Assembly: GCA_947085265.1 (NCBI GenBank)
Contig: CAMTVR010000012.1
Coordinates: forward strand, 178,180 to 242,179
From: an uncultured Bacillus sp.
GTDB lineage: Bacteria > Bacillota > Bacilli > ZCTH02-B2
Reading direction: 5' to 3'
Length of the DNA: 64,000 nucleotides
Position 1 is the stretch's first letter, and each line of letters starts with the position of its first letter. The notes below the pieces were generated by a model that saw only the letters and a program-made list of their open reading frames with translations, had not been told where the DNA came from and searched no databases. The translations under genes and the position numbers were made by a program. Shown piece after piece: positions 1 to 9,971 of the stretch.

Positions 1-331
1 GCAGCTTAAATTGGTCAAACAAGAAGGACAAAATAATTATTACGAATTGACTGGAGCTAAACTCGCGATTCAATTGCAAGCCAAAGACAGATGTTGGGTC
101 GAGCTGCGAGCCAATGATGCGAAGGGGCCTAAATTGTTCAGCAAAGAACTTCAACCGGGAGAAACCTTGGAATGGCCCGGTGAAGAAAAAGCGGACTTAC
201 CCTCGACGGTCCGTCTTCGGATCGGCGCGCCAGCTGCGGTTCAGCTGACCATCAACGGTCAAACGATTGAAACCGAGCGTTTGTCCCGGCCGCAAAATTA
301 TATCATCCAGCAAGTGGAAGCTGGCCAATAA
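1..331 (+). CDS. rodZ: C-terminal fragment of cytoskeleton protein RodZ (DUF4115-like domain); 5' end lies outside the window
   Basis: ORF runs to the window edge; position immediately upstream of pgsA-cinA-recA matches B. subtilis ymfM(rodZ) synteny; C-terminal beta-rich domain pattern. Confidence 0.45.
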   Translation, partial: QLKLVKQEGQNNYYELTGAKLAIQLQAKDRCWVELRANDAKGPKLFSKELQPGETLEWPGEEKADLPSTVRLRIGAPAAVQLTINGQTIETERLSRPQNYIIQQVEAGQ

Positions 332-333
332 GC

Positions 334-930
334 TTGTTCATGGAACGTCGGAACGAGGATCCGGCTTTTGGGATTTGGCATGGGAGGCAGGATGGTGTGA
401 ACTTGGCCAATAAAATCACACTGGCGCGCATCTTATTGGTGCCAGTCGTGATGCTTTTTTTGTTGACATTAAATGAGGCGCTGGCTCTATTGATCTTTTT
501 GCTGGCTGCGTTAACGGATGGTTTGGATGGTTATATCGCCAGAAAAAATCGGTTGGTCACCAACATGGGAAAATTTCTCGATCCGCTGGCGGACAAATTG
601 CTGATCTCGGCTGTCTTAATCGCTTTGGTTCAGATGCAGCGATTGGATGCCTGGATGGCCATCATCATCATCAGCAGGGAATTTGCGGTGACAGGTTTGC
701 GCCTCGTGGGAGCTGCGGATGGTCAGGTCATCGCCGCCAGCCGGATGGGCAAGCTTAAAACGGTGTTTCAAACTGTCGCCATTTCTTTGTTGATTGTCAA
801 CAATTTTCCTTTTTCACGACTGGGGATTCCGATGGCGGATATTGCCATCTGGTTGGCCGTGCTCTTGACAGTGGTTTCCGGAGTAGAGTATTTTGTAAAG
901 AATTGGTCCGTCTTGCAGAAAGCCGGATGA
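334..930 (+). CDS. pgsA: CDP-diacylglycerol--glycerol-3-phosphate 3-phosphatidyltransferase
   Basis: CDP-alcohol phosphatidyltransferase motif DGLDGYIAR, multiple TM segments, synteny pgsA-cinA-recA. Confidence 0.9.
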   Translation: MFMERRNEDPAFGIWHGRQDGVNLANKITLARILLVPVVMLFLLTLNEALALLIFLLAALTDGLDGYIARKNRLVTNMGKFLDPLADKLLISAVLIALVQMQRLDAWMAIIIISREFAVTGLRLVGAADGQVIAASRMGKLKTVFQTVAISLLIVNNFPFSRLGIPMADIAIWLAVLLTVVSGVEYFVKNWSVLQKAG

Positions 931-2207
931 GATCAGGCGAAAGGGCGGGATTGGGATTGAAATCGGAGATCGTTGCCGTGGGTACCGAGTTGTTGCTCGG
1001 GCAAATTGCAAACACCAACGCCCAGTATCTCTCACAAAAGCTTTCAGAAATCGGCATTGATGTATATTATCACACGGCTGTCGGGGATAACGCGACACGG
1101 ATCAAAGAGGTGCTTCATCTTGCGCGCCAGCGTTCAGACCTGATCATCTTGACGGGTGGTCTGGGGCCGACAGAGGATGATCTGACGAAAGAGATGGTGG
1201 CCGAACTGCTCGGGCGACCGTTAGTCGTGCACCAGCCTTCCTTGGACAAAATCACCGCTTTCTTTGCCAAACGGGGCCTCGTGATGACGGAAAACAATCG
1301 CAAGCAGGCGAACGTGATTCAAGGAAGTCGAATCTTCGAAAACCATTACGGCCTGGCTCCTGGCATGGCTGTTTCCGATGCGGAAAAGAAGATTTGGTAC
1401 GTGTTGCTTCCTGGGCCGCCAAGAGAAATGAAGCCGATGGTTCAAGATTTCGTCCTCCCTTTTCTCGCCTCTCTTCTCCCCGAACCGCTGGTGATTCATT
1501 CGAAAGTGTTGCACTTTTACGGAATTGGTGAGTCCTTGCTCGAGGATCGGATCAAGGATTTGATTCAGCAACAGAACAACCCGACCATTGCGCCGCTGGC
1601 TGGTGATCGGGAAGTAAATGTTCGCCTGACGGCAAAAGCTGTCTCCAAGGAAAAGGCGGAACAGATGCTCCAGCCGCTTGTCGAAGAATTGTACCGTCGT
1701 TTTCCGAACCATATATATGCTGAGGGGGAGAATCTGCGGCTGGAGCATATTTTGATCGAGGAATTGCGTAAACGCGGCGATACGTTGGCCGTTGCGGAAA
1801 GTTGTACGGGAGGACAGCTAAGCCGGTCGATCACTTCGGTCGCAGGAAGTTCCACTGTTTTTCAAGGCGGCGTGGTCAGCTATTCGCTGGCCACGAAGCG
1901 GGACGTGTTAGGCATTCCCCAAGACTTGCTGGACCAGTACGGCACAGTATCACGCCAGACGGCTGAGGCAATGGCTGAACATGTTCAACGTCTGTGCCGA
2001 ACGACATGCGGTATTGGTATTACAGGTGTTGCGGGGCCTGATGAGCTGGAAGGCCAACCGGTCGGTTTGGTGTGGATCGCTTGGAGATTGGGCGAACGGT
2101 CACACGTGCGGGAATACCAATATGCCGGCGATCGCCAAGAAATTCAAACGCGCGCCGTCAAGACGGCGATGTTTAAGCTCATCCAATTGTTGCGAGAGAA
2201 AGGTTGA
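927..2207 (+). CDS. cinA: competence/damage-inducible protein CinA (MoCF-binding plus CinA C-terminal domain)
   Basis: N-terminus LGLKSEIVAVGTELLLGQIANTNAQYLSQKL is the typical CinA start; ATG at 927 overlaps the pgsA stop as ATGA; lies upstream of recA. Confidence 0.9.
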   Translation: MRSGERAGLGLKSEIVAVGTELLLGQIANTNAQYLSQKLSEIGIDVYYHTAVGDNATRIKEVLHLARQRSDLIILTGGLGPTEDDLTKEMVAELLGRPLVVHQPSLDKITAFFAKRGLVMTENNRKQANVIQGSRIFENHYGLAPGMAVSDAEKKIWYVLLPGPPREMKPMVQDFVLPFLASLLPEPLVIHSKVLHFYGIGESLLEDRIKDLIQQQNNPTIAPLAGDREVNVRLTAKAVSKEKAEQMLQPLVEELYRRFPNHIYAEGENLRLEHILIEELRKRGDTLAVAESCTGGQLSRSITSVAGSSTVFQGGVVSYSLATKRDVLGIPQDLLDQYGTVSRQTAEAMAEHVQRLCRTTCGIGITGVAGPDELEGQPVGLVWIAWRLGERSHVREYQYAGDRQEIQTRAVKTAMFKLIQLLREKG

Positions 2208-2214
2208 AGTCTAC

Positions 2215-3825
2215 GTGAAAAGTTTCTCCGAACTATCGATTCAAGAAGAAATCTTGAAATCCATTTCAGATATGGGGTTTGAGGAGCCATCACCGATTCA
2301 GGAAGCCTGTATCCCCGTGATTCTGGAAGGAAAAGACGTCATCGGACAGGCGCAGACAGGCACGGGGAAAACGGCTGCTTTCGGGATCCCCGTCATTCAA
2401 GGTGTTGATCCGAAAAAACTGGCCGTACAAGCCATTATCCTGACGCCTACACGCGAATTGGCCATTCAGGTTTCTGCCGAATTGCGAAAAATTTCCCGGT
2501 ATAAATCGCTGCGGATTCTCCCGATCTACGGCGGACAATCCATTCGCCATCAGATTCGCGCTCTCCAGCAGGGGGTTCATGTGGTCATTGGTACACCGGG
2601 AAGAGTTTTGGATCACTTGCGTCGCCGTACACTCCATCTCAATCAGGTTGCCTACTTGGTTTTGGATGAGGCAGATGAAATGCTGGATATGGGGTTCATT
2701 GACGAGATTGAACAGATCATCATTGCCACGCCCAAGGAGAGACAAACCTTGCTCTTTTCCGCCACCATGCCGAACGAGATCCGGAGATTGGCAAAACGTT
2801 ATCTCAAGGATCCGGTACCCATTTCGATCAACCGTGGCGATGTCCATGTACCATACATTGAACAGGTGTATTACCGGGTATTGGAATCTCACAAATTGGA
2901 AGTGTTGTGCCGGATTATTGACAGCGAAGAAGTGGAACAGGGCATTGTGTTTTGTCGCACAAAAAAAGGGGTGGACGCGCTGACCGAGGCGCTGCAGGAA
3001 CGCGGGTACCTGGTTGACGGCATTCACGGAGATCTCAGCCAGATGCAACGGGATAAAGTGATGAAGGCATTTCGCGAAGGAGAAATTGAATTACTGGTGG
3101 CGACGGATGTGGCGGCCCGCGGGATTGATGTCAGCAACGTTTCGCACGTGATCAATTATGATATTCCTCAGGATCCCGAAAGTTACGTTCACCGGATCGG
3201 CCGGACAGGGCGTGCGGGACGTTCAGGTGTCGCGATGACGCTTGTCACGCCAAGGGAAATGAAGTTGCTCCACACCATTCAGGAGCAGACCAAAATGAGC
3301 ATTTCGCCCAGAGAGCTGCCCTCTTTGGAGGAGGTGACACGTAAAAAACGCTCGCAGTGGCGGGAGCAGCTGGTGGCTGTCTTAAATGAAGGAGAAGCGC
3401 TCGATCAGTATGATGAGTTGATTGAGGAATTGCAGGCTCATTATCCTCTGAAAGAGATTGCCCGCGCCGCGCTGCACTTACACTATTCCTCTCACCTCGC
3501 CAATCTTCAATGGAACGAATACGATTTTGGCGATACAGGGGCATCTCTTGGCATGGTCCGGCTGTTTATCAACATTGGCCGCAGAGCGGGGTTGAAACCG
3601 CGCATGCTGATCGATTTGATCACCAGCGCGATCGGTGTCACTTCCCAATCTATCGGTCGGATTGACCTGTTTGATGATTTTTCCTTTGTGGAAGTCAAGG
3701 AGCAGGTGGCTCCCTTTGTTCTCGAAGGCTTGAAATATGTAAACTTTTTAGGCGTTCGCATCAATGTGGAGCCGGCCAGGCCGCGCAACAAGGCGAAAAG
3801 GAATGAATGGAACCGTCATTCGTGA
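2215..3825 (+). CDS. DEAD-box ATP-dependent RNA helicase (CshA/DeaD-like) with C-terminal DbpA-type RNA-binding domain
   Basis: Q-motif/PIQ, AQTGTGKT (motif I), DEAD, SAT, HRIGRTGR motifs; GTG start at 2215 just after the cinA stop; the long ORF track start at 1981 overlaps cinA and is rejected. Confidence 0.85.
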   Translation: MKSFSELSIQEEILKSISDMGFEEPSPIQEACIPVILEGKDVIGQAQTGTGKTAAFGIPVIQGVDPKKLAVQAIILTPTRELAIQVSAELRKISRYKSLRILPIYGGQSIRHQIRALQQGVHVVIGTPGRVLDHLRRRTLHLNQVAYLVLDEADEMLDMGFIDEIEQIIIATPKERQTLLFSATMPNEIRRLAKRYLKDPVPISINRGDVHVPYIEQVYYRVLESHKLEVLCRIIDSEEVEQGIVFCRTKKGVDALTEALQERGYLVDGIHGDLSQMQRDKVMKAFREGEIELLVATDVAARGIDVSNVSHVINYDIPQDPESYVHRIGRTGRAGRSGVAMTLVTPREMKLLHTIQEQTKMSISPRELPSLEEVTRKKRSQWREQLVAVLNEGEALDQYDELIEELQAHYPLKEIARAALHLHYSSHLANLQWNEYDFGDTGASLGMVRLFINIGRRAGLKPRMLIDLITSAIGVTSQSIGRIDLFDDFSFVEVKEQVAPFVLEGLKYVNFLGVRINVEPARPRNKAKRNEWNRHS

Positions 3826-3870
3826 TGAGGAGGTCCGATCACAGAGCCGACCATTTTTCGTTCGCTTCAT

Positions 3871-3884
3871 CGAACATATGCTTG
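3871..3884 (+). promoter_or_regulatory. candidate LexA (Cheo/SOS) box CGAACATATGCTTG overlapping the -35 of a putative recA promoter (TTGCTC-17nt-TAAGAT, about 3882-3910)
   Basis: 12/14 match to the Bacillus Cheo consensus CGAACRNRYGTTYC; located about 70 nt upstream of the recA start. Confidence 0.4.
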
Positions 3885-3952
3885 CTCTTCCTGTAAGCGT
3901 CAGGTAAGATAGGTATCAGAAGAGCCTTTTGACAAGCAAGGGGGAGAGGAAT

Positions 3953-5011
3953 GTGGGAGCAGACCGGCAAGCAGCTTTGGAAATGGCCTTAAGGCAAATC
4001 GAAAAACAGTTTGGTAAAGGTTCCGTGATGAAACTGGGAGAAGCGCAAGCCTCGCTCCAGGTAGAAACCATTCCCAGCGGCGCATTGGCTTTGGACATCG
4101 CGTTAGGTGTGGGTGGCTATCCCAAAGGAAGAATTATTGAAATCTATGGACCGGAATCGTCCGGCAAAACGACCGTTGCCCTGCATGCGATCGCAGAAGC
4201 GCAGAAACTGGGCGGCACGGCCGCCTTTATCGACGCGGAACATGCTTTGGATCCGATTTATGCCCAGAATCTCGGTGTGAATATTGACGAACTTCTCTTA
4301 TCGCAGCCGGACACGGGAGAACAAGCTTTGGAAATCGCGGAAGCGCTGGTGCGCAGCGGGGCTGTTGACATCATCGTCATTGATTCAGTGGCGGCGCTGG
4401 TTCCAAAGGCGGAAATTGACGGCGAGATGGGAGACAGTTACGTCGGTTTACAAGCGCGCCTGATGTCTCAAGCGATGCGCAAATTATCGGGTGCGATCAA
4501 CAAGTCCAAGTGTATTGCCATTTTTATCAACCAGATCAGGGAGAAAGTGGGCGTGATGTTTGGCAACCCTGAAACCACGCCGGGCGGACGAGCCCTCAAA
4601 TTTTACAGCAGTATTCGCCTGGAGGTACGCCGGGCCGAGACGATCAAACAAGGAAATGAAATGGTCGGGAACCGTACCAAAATCAAGGTGGTCAAGAACA
4701 AGGTGGCGCCTCCCTTCCGCCAGGCGGAGGTAGACATCATGTATGGTGAGGGAATTTCGCGTGAAGGCAGTATCATCGACATTGCCGCCGAATTGGACAT
4801 TCTCCAGAAAAGCGGAGCATGGTACTCCTATCAGGGCGAGCGTCTAGGTCAAGGAAGGGAAAATGTCAAACTGTACTTGAAAGAACATCCGGAAGTGGCT
4901 GAAGCGATTGAGAAGCAGATTCGTGAAGTTTGCCAGATAACCCCCCTTCGAATTGTGACATCGGCCGATGTTTCCCCAGATGCGGATGACCCATTTCCGG
5001 CTGAACTGTAA
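3953..5011 (+). CDS. recA: recombinase RecA
   Basis: [29 protein letters not shown]-terminus, Walker [10 protein letters not shown]; GTG start at 3953 preceded by GGGGAGAGG RBS. Confidence 0.95.
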   Translation: MGADRQAALEMALRQIEKQFGKGSVMKLGEAQASLQVETIPSGALALDIALGVGGYPKGRIIEIYGPESSGKTTVALHAIAEAQKLGGTAAFIDAEHALDPIYAQNLGVNIDELLLSQPDTGEQALEIAEALVRSGAVDIIVIDSVAALVPKAEIDGEMGDSYVGLQARLMSQAMRKLSGAINKSKCIAIFINQIREKVGVMFGNPETTPGGRALKFYSSIRLEVRRAETIKQGNEMVGNRTKIKVVKNKVAPPFRQAEVDIMYGEGISREGSIIDIAAELDILQKSGAWYSYQGERLGQGRENVKLYLKEHPEVAEAIEKQIREVCQITPLRIVTSADVSPDADDPFPAEL

Positions 5012-5037
5012 ATCAACGATCAAAACGGCAACTGAAC

Positions 5038-5667
5038 ATGCCTGGTTTGTACATTACCGCGATTGAGCCGGTACCCTCTGAGCCCCATCGATGCCAGATT
5101 CGAATCGAAGGGGAAGTCGCATTTACCGTTCATCAATCGGTCATCCGGAAACTCGGCCTGACAGCGGGAAGTGTCTGGGATGAACATCTTCATCGACAAC
5201 TTCTCCACGAAGAAGAGTGTATTCAAGCCAAAAAATGCGCTTATCGATATTTGGCGGCCAGTTGGCGTACGAGCGGTGAAGTAAGGCAATACTTGTTACG
5301 ACGAGGGTTTTCCGAAGATGTTGTCCAGCCTGTGCTGGAGCATTGTCGCCAACGAAAATACTTAGATGATCAAGTCTATGCTGAACAGTACATCCATCAC
5401 CGCTTGCAAAGAGGATACGGCCCCTTGCGGATCGCTCAGGAACTGTCCCGTAAAGAGATCGATCCAGCGATATACGAACCGATATTGTCGTGTGTCGATC
5501 AAGATGAGTTGTTTCAGGTTGCAAAGCGTGTAGCGTTGAAAAAAGAAAAGTCGTTGGGAAAACGAATATCATCCCTTGACAAACAGGTCAAAATCGGGCG
5601 TTACCTATATTACAGGGGTTTTTCCCAAAATGTGATCCAAAAAGTGCTCAACCTCCTCTTTTCTTGA
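5038..5667 (+). CDS. recX: recombination regulator RecX
   Basis: three-helix RecX repeats (RQYLLRRGFSEDVVQPVLEHCRQRKYLDDQVYAEQYIHHRL); sits immediately downstream of recA. Confidence 0.85.
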   Translation: MPGLYITAIEPVPSEPHRCQIRIEGEVAFTVHQSVIRKLGLTAGSVWDEHLHRQLLHEEECIQAKKCAYRYLAASWRTSGEVRQYLLRRGFSEDVVQPVLEHCRQRKYLDDQVYAEQYIHHRLQRGYGPLRIAQELSRKEIDPAIYEPILSCVDQDELFQVAKRVALKKEKSLGKRISSLDKQVKIGRYLYYRGFSQNVIQKVLNLLFS

Positions 5668-5684
5668 GCGTCTTTGGCGCATTC

Positions 5685-5713
5685 TTGACATTCCCTGGTA
5701 AAAAGCATAGAAT
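5685..5713 (+). promoter_or_regulatory. sigma-A type promoter TTGACA-17nt-TAGAAT
   Basis: -35 TTGACA at 5685-5690, 17-nt spacer, -10 TAGAAT at 5708-5713. Confidence 0.55.
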
Positions 5714-5788
5714 GAGACTGCAATCTCATGGTGCTGCCTGGTCTTCGCGATTCATACCTGCATGTGATGGGAATGGAAGCAATAAAGT

Positions 5789-5815
5789 GAGACCGTGTAA
5801 TCGGTCTTTTTTTTA
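5789..5815 (+). terminator. intrinsic terminator-like hairpin (AGACCG-TGTAAT-CGGTCT plus T8) in the rny leader
   Basis: perfect 6-bp GC-containing stem followed by a TTTTTTTT run, 18 nt upstream of the rny start. Confidence 0.55.
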
Positions 5816-5832
5816 GAGAGGGGGGACGCACG

Positions 5833-7374
5833 ATGGATCTGCTCACAGTGGCCATCCCAACCCTCGTTGCATTGTTCATAGGCTTGGCAGCAGGGTATTG
5901 GATGCGCAAGTCGATTGCTGAGTCAAAGATCTCCAGTGCGGAAGAAGCCGCCCGACAAATTGTAGAACAAGCAAAAAAAGAAGCCGAAGCGAAACAAAAA
6001 GAGATTGTACTGGAAGCCAAAGATGAGGCTTTTCGTCTTCGTTCTGAAGCTGAAGCTGAAATCCGCGAACGTCGGAATGAGGTGACCAACCTCGAAAGGC
6101 GGATCTTGCAGAAAGAAGAAGTTTTAGAACGGAAAATGGAGTCATTGGAGAACAAGGAACATCATCTGCAAGAGAAAGAACAACATCTGCAATCACTGAT
6201 TGCTGAACAACAAGATATTCTGACCCGACAAAAGCAAGAACTGGAACGCATATCAGGACTGACCGCGGAAGAGGCACGGAACACCATTCTTCAACAAGTG
6301 GAGGAAGAAGTCAAGCATGAAGCGGCACAGCGGATCAAGGAAGCTGAATTAAAGATACGTGAAGAGGCAGATAAAATTGCAAAAGAGATAATTTCTATTG
6401 CAATTCAACGCTGTGCGGCTGATCACGTTGCGGAAACCACCGTATCTGTCGTATCATTGCCCAACGATGAAATGAAAGGGCGGATCATCGGCCGGGAGGG
6501 GAGGAACATTCGAACCCTTGAAACCCTGACCGGGATTGACCTGATTATCGATGACACGCCGGAGGCGGTGATCCTGTCCGGCTTTGATCCGATTCGCCGT
6601 GAAATCGCGCGGGTGGCTTTAGAAAAACTGGTGGCAGACGGCCGCATTCACCCGGCGCGCATTGAAGAAATGGTGGAAAAAGCCCGTAAAGAAGTGGATG
6701 AAAGGATCCGTGAATATGGTGAACAAGCTATGTTTGAGGCGGGTGTTCATGGTTTACACCCCGATCTGATCAAAATCCTCGGTCGCTTAAAGTTCCGAAC
6801 CAGTTATGGTCAGAATGTCTTGCAACATTCTGTAGAAGTGGCGATTCTGGCAGGATTGCTTGCCGCAGAATTAAATGAGGATGTTGCTTTGGCCAGACGG
6901 GCTGGTTTGCTTCACGACATTGGCAAGGCAATTGATCATGAGGTGGAAGGTTCTCATGTTGAGGTGGGTACTGAATTAGCGAAAAAATATAAAGAACATC
7001 CGGTTGTCATTAATGGGATTGGGTATCACCATGGGGAAGTGGAAGCCAATTCAGTCATCTCTGTATTGGTGACTGCTGCGGATGCCATATCGGCAGCAAG
7101 GCCAGGCGCCCGCAGGGAAACCCTGGAAAATTATATCCGACGGCTGGAAAAATTGGAAGCGATATGTGAGTCATTTGAAGGGGTAGAAAAATCTTACGCC
7201 ATTCAAGCGGGAAGGGAAGTCCGCATCATGGTTCACCCGGAAAAGGTAGACGATGCGGAAGCCTACCGGCTAGCTCGGGAAATTACAAAACGGATTGAAA
7301 ATGAGCTAGATTACCCCGGTCACATCAAAGTCACTGTGATTCGTGAAACCAGAGCTGTCGATTATGCGAGATGA
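5833..7374 (+). CDS. rny: ribonuclease Y
   Basis: N-terminal TM helix, coiled-coil, KH domain ([12 protein letters not shown]) and HD domain (HDIGK); synteny after recA. Confidence 0.95.
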   Translation: MDLLTVAIPTLVALFIGLAAGYWMRKSIAESKISSAEEAARQIVEQAKKEAEAKQKEIVLEAKDEAFRLRSEAEAEIRERRNEVTNLERRILQKEEVLERKMESLENKEHHLQEKEQHLQSLIAEQQDILTRQKQELERISGLTAEEARNTILQQVEEEVKHEAAQRIKEAELKIREEADKIAKEIISIAIQRCAADHVAETTVSVVSLPNDEMKGRIIGREGRNIRTLETLTGIDLIIDDTPEAVILSGFDPIRREIARVALEKLVADGRIHPARIEEMVEKARKEVDERIREYGEQAMFEAGVHGLHPDLIKILGRLKFRTSYGQNVLQHSVEVAILAGLLAAELNEDVALARRAGLLHDIGKAIDHEVEGSHVEVGTELAKKYKEHPVVINGIGYHHGEVEANSVISVLVTAADAISAARPGARRETLENYIRRLEKLEAICESFEGVEKSYAIQAGREVRIMVHPEKVDDAEAYRLAREITKRIENELDYPGHIKVTVIRETRAVDYAR

Positions 7375-7403
7375 GAAGTGGCCTGCGCCACTTCCTTTTT
7401 TCT
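7375..7403 (+). terminator. rho-independent terminator after rny
   Basis: GAAGTGGC-CTGC-GCCACTTCC hairpin followed by TTTTTTCTT. Confidence 0.7.
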
Positions 7404-7463
7404 TCGAAGATATCTTTATGAAAGGTGTAAGGTTTATGGCCCTAACGAAGAGGAGGTGTAGCT

Positions 7464-8258
7464 TTGCGGATCTTGTTTATTGGTGATGTTGTTGGCTCCT
7501 CAGGGCGTCGGGCCGTCTCATTCCTTTTGCCAAAATTGAAGGATAAATACCGTCCCGATTTTGTCCTCGTCAATGGGGAAAATGCTGCGGGAGGTCGAGG
7601 GATCACCCTTAAAATTGCAAAGCAGTTGTTTGAATGGGGAGCTGACGGGATTACATTGGGCAACCACGCCTGGGATAATAAAGAGATCTTTGAATTTATT
7701 GATCAGGAGAAGCGGATTGTCAGACCTGCCAATTATCCATCTGGCACACCTGGCCAAGGAATGATGATTCTTCGAAAAGGATCCCATCAACTGGCTGTGA
7801 TCAATCTTCAGGGACAGACCTATCTCCCACCGCTCAAAAATCCTTTTCATACCATCGATGAGATCGTAAAGGAACTGCAGGATCAGGTCAAACACATCTT
7901 CATTGATTTTCACGCAGAGGCTTCTGCGGAAAAAATTGCCTTGGGATGGTACTTAGATGGACGGGTGTCTTGTGTTGTGGGCACTCATACACACGTTCAG
8001 ACCAATGATTGCCGGATTCTCCCTCATGGCACAGCATATCAAACCGACGTCGGCATGACCGGACCCAAGGATGGGGTCATCGGCATGAGAAAGGATATCA
8101 TTATCAAAAAATTTTTGACCCAACTTCCAGTCCGCTTTGAGGTAGATCGAGGGCCATGGCAATTGAATGCGACGTTGGTTGAACTGGACGATCTAACCGG
8201 TGCGGCCCTGCGGATTCAAGCGTTTCACCTCACAGAGGATCAACCATGGATGGGTTAA
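7464..8258 (+). CDS. ymdB: YmdB-family metallophosphoesterase (2',3'-cyclic nucleotide phosphodiesterase)
   Basis: MRILFIGDVVGSSGRRAV N-terminus typical of the TIGR00282 family; synteny rny-ymdB-spoVS. Confidence 0.9.
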   Translation: MRILFIGDVVGSSGRRAVSFLLPKLKDKYRPDFVLVNGENAAGGRGITLKIAKQLFEWGADGITLGNHAWDNKEIFEFIDQEKRIVRPANYPSGTPGQGMMILRKGSHQLAVINLQGQTYLPPLKNPFHTIDEIVKELQDQVKHIFIDFHAEASAEKIALGWYLDGRVSCVVGTHTHVQTNDCRILPHGTAYQTDVGMTGPKDGVIGMRKDIIIKKFLTQLPVRFEVDRGPWQLNATLVELDDLTGAALRIQAFHLTEDQPWMG

Positions 8259-8370
8259 CACATCCATACTAACGTATAAATGATCCGGAATATTTTTCGC
8301 ATCCAGAGAATAAGAAAAGATAGTAAAAGGTGAAGCGAATCTTGAATCTGACGAGGAGGGAAAGCGGCTG

Positions 8371-8631
8371 ATGGAAGTATTAAAGGTTTCAGCAAAATCC
8401 AACCCCAATTCGGTTGCCGGCGCATTGGCGGGCGTTCTGAGAGAACGAGGTTCTGCGGAAATGCAAGCGATTGGTGCGGGTGCTTTAAACCAAGCCGTGA
8501 AAGCGATTGCCATCGCCAGAGGGTTTGTCGCGCCTAGCGGCATTGATCTGATTTGTATTCCGGCATTTACTGACATCATCATCGATGGAGAAGAGCGAAC
8601 AGCGATAAAATTGATTGTGGAACCGAGATAA
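8371..8631 (+). CDS. spoVS: stage V sporulation protein S
   Basis: 86-aa protein MEVLKVSAKSNPNSVAGALAGVLRERG; highly conserved SpoVS. Confidence 0.9.
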   Translation: MEVLKVSAKSNPNSVAGALAGVLRERGSAEMQAIGAGALNQAVKAIAIARGFVAPSGIDLICIPAFTDIIIDGEERTAIKLIVEPR

Positions 8632-8649
8632 GAGGAGCGAGATAGATGT

Positions 8650-8695
8650 CTAAAACCTGTTTGTCAAAAGATAAACAGGTTTTAGTTGTTTTTTA
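8650..8695 (+). terminator. rho-independent terminator after spoVS
   Basis: CTAAAACCTGTTT...AAACAGGTTTTAG 13-bp stem followed by TTGTTTTTT. Confidence 0.75.
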
Positions 8696-8761
8696 GACCT
8701 TCTATGCCTTGCCTAAGAATAACAATAGGGATATGATAGATGATTGGAAGGGGAGAACAGG

Positions 8762-9745
8762 GTGAAAATTGTGGATGCCCACTGTGATGTTTTATGGAAA
8801 GTCTGGGCAAATCCAGCGGTCACATTTCATGATCATCTCAGCAAATCAGAAGGAGGCTTAGCTTCTTCTCGTTTACATGCAAGCGCACCATTATTGAGGC
8901 AGTCAGGGGTTTTCGTGCAATCGTTTGCTGTATACATACCTCCATCCGTCCGTCCTCAGAGTCGATTTTACACTGCGCTTCAAATGATCGACCTGTATCA
9001 ACGGCAGGTTATCCAAGATGGCGGTGAATGGATACCGTTTCGCTCAGCTGCCGATTTAGAATGGGCCAACCAGCATGGCAAGCGGGTCGCGATGCTGACG
9101 CTGGAAGGGGCTGATGCGATTCAGGGTGATCTGCTCTATCTGCGAATCTTGTATCATTTGGGCGTTCGGATTGTCGGGTTGACATGGAATTATCGCAATG
9201 AGGTGGCAGATGGGGTCGCAGAGCCACGTCCGGGAGGATTGTCCGCTTTTGGACGCCAGTTTGTCAAAGAGGCTCGTCGAAATGGCATGTTGCTGGATGT
9301 TTCCCACCTCTCAGAAGCCGGTTTTTGGGATCTGCTTTCCATCCACCATGAACCTGTGATTGCCTCTCATTCGAACGTTTTTGAAATCAGAAATCATCGG
9401 CGAAATCTCCGGAAGGAACAAGTGGAAGCCATTTTTGCGACAGGTGGTTGTATCGGGTTGACGTTTGTCGGAGACTTTGTCAGCGAACAGCAGCCGGCCA
9501 CGCTGGATGATTTTCTCAAGCACTTGGAACGCTGTTGTGAGTGGGGCGGTGTGAGGCAAACTGGCATTGGTTCTGACTTCGACGGCTGTGATCGCTTGCT
9601 GGCAGAACTGGGACATGCGGGTCAACTGAATCAACTGGTGGAAGCGTTGTTGAAACGTTACAAAGAAGATGAGGTAAAGGGATTTATGGGTGAAAATTGG
9701 TTGCGGTTGTATCGTCATTTTTTCCGACCCGCCTCTAGCGGATGA
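8762..9745 (+). CDS. membrane dipeptidase family (M19, renal dipeptidase-like) protein
   Basis: VKIVDAHCDVLWK N-terminal motif and HxD metal ligands; GTG at 8762 follows AAGGGGAG RBS (the ORF track start at 8744 is also possible). Confidence 0.75.
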   Translation: MKIVDAHCDVLWKVWANPAVTFHDHLSKSEGGLASSRLHASAPLLRQSGVFVQSFAVYIPPSVRPQSRFYTALQMIDLYQRQVIQDGGEWIPFRSAADLEWANQHGKRVAMLTLEGADAIQGDLLYLRILYHLGVRIVGLTWNYRNEVADGVAEPRPGGLSAFGRQFVKEARRNGMLLDVSHLSEAGFWDLLSIHHEPVIASHSNVFEIRNHRRNLRKEQVEAIFATGGCIGLTFVGDFVSEQQPATLDDFLKHLERCCEWGGVRQTGIGSDFDGCDRLLAELGHAGQLNQLVEALLKRYKEDEVKGFMGENWLRLYRHFFRPASSG

Positions 9746-9971
9746 CAACGGCAAAGGGCATTTGTTGGCTTGAAAAACCATATCATTTATGGAATAATGG
9801 GCTTAAAAGAGAGATAGATATGACAAGTTGATGAACATTCTTTTACATTTTTTTGACGGAGTCACCATGTTCTTCCCTTCTTGAACATATGGTCGTTGGT
9901 TGGATTTGCAAAAGCGAAAGAGTAATTGATCGGTGTCGGTAGTGGATGAATGTGAAGGGGTGCAAAAAGAG

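Noticed and set aside
1981-2214. N-terminal 78 codons of the long ORF track entry for the DEAD-box helicase
   Set aside because: This stretch overlaps the cinA 3' end and has no helicase-like sequence. GTG at 2215 with an upstream AGAGAAAGG places the conserved Q-motif at the usual distance.
8290-8370. Searched for a sigma-H promoter upstream of spoVS
   Set aside because: There are AGG/GAAT fragments, but the spacing does not fit the sigma-H consensus convincingly.
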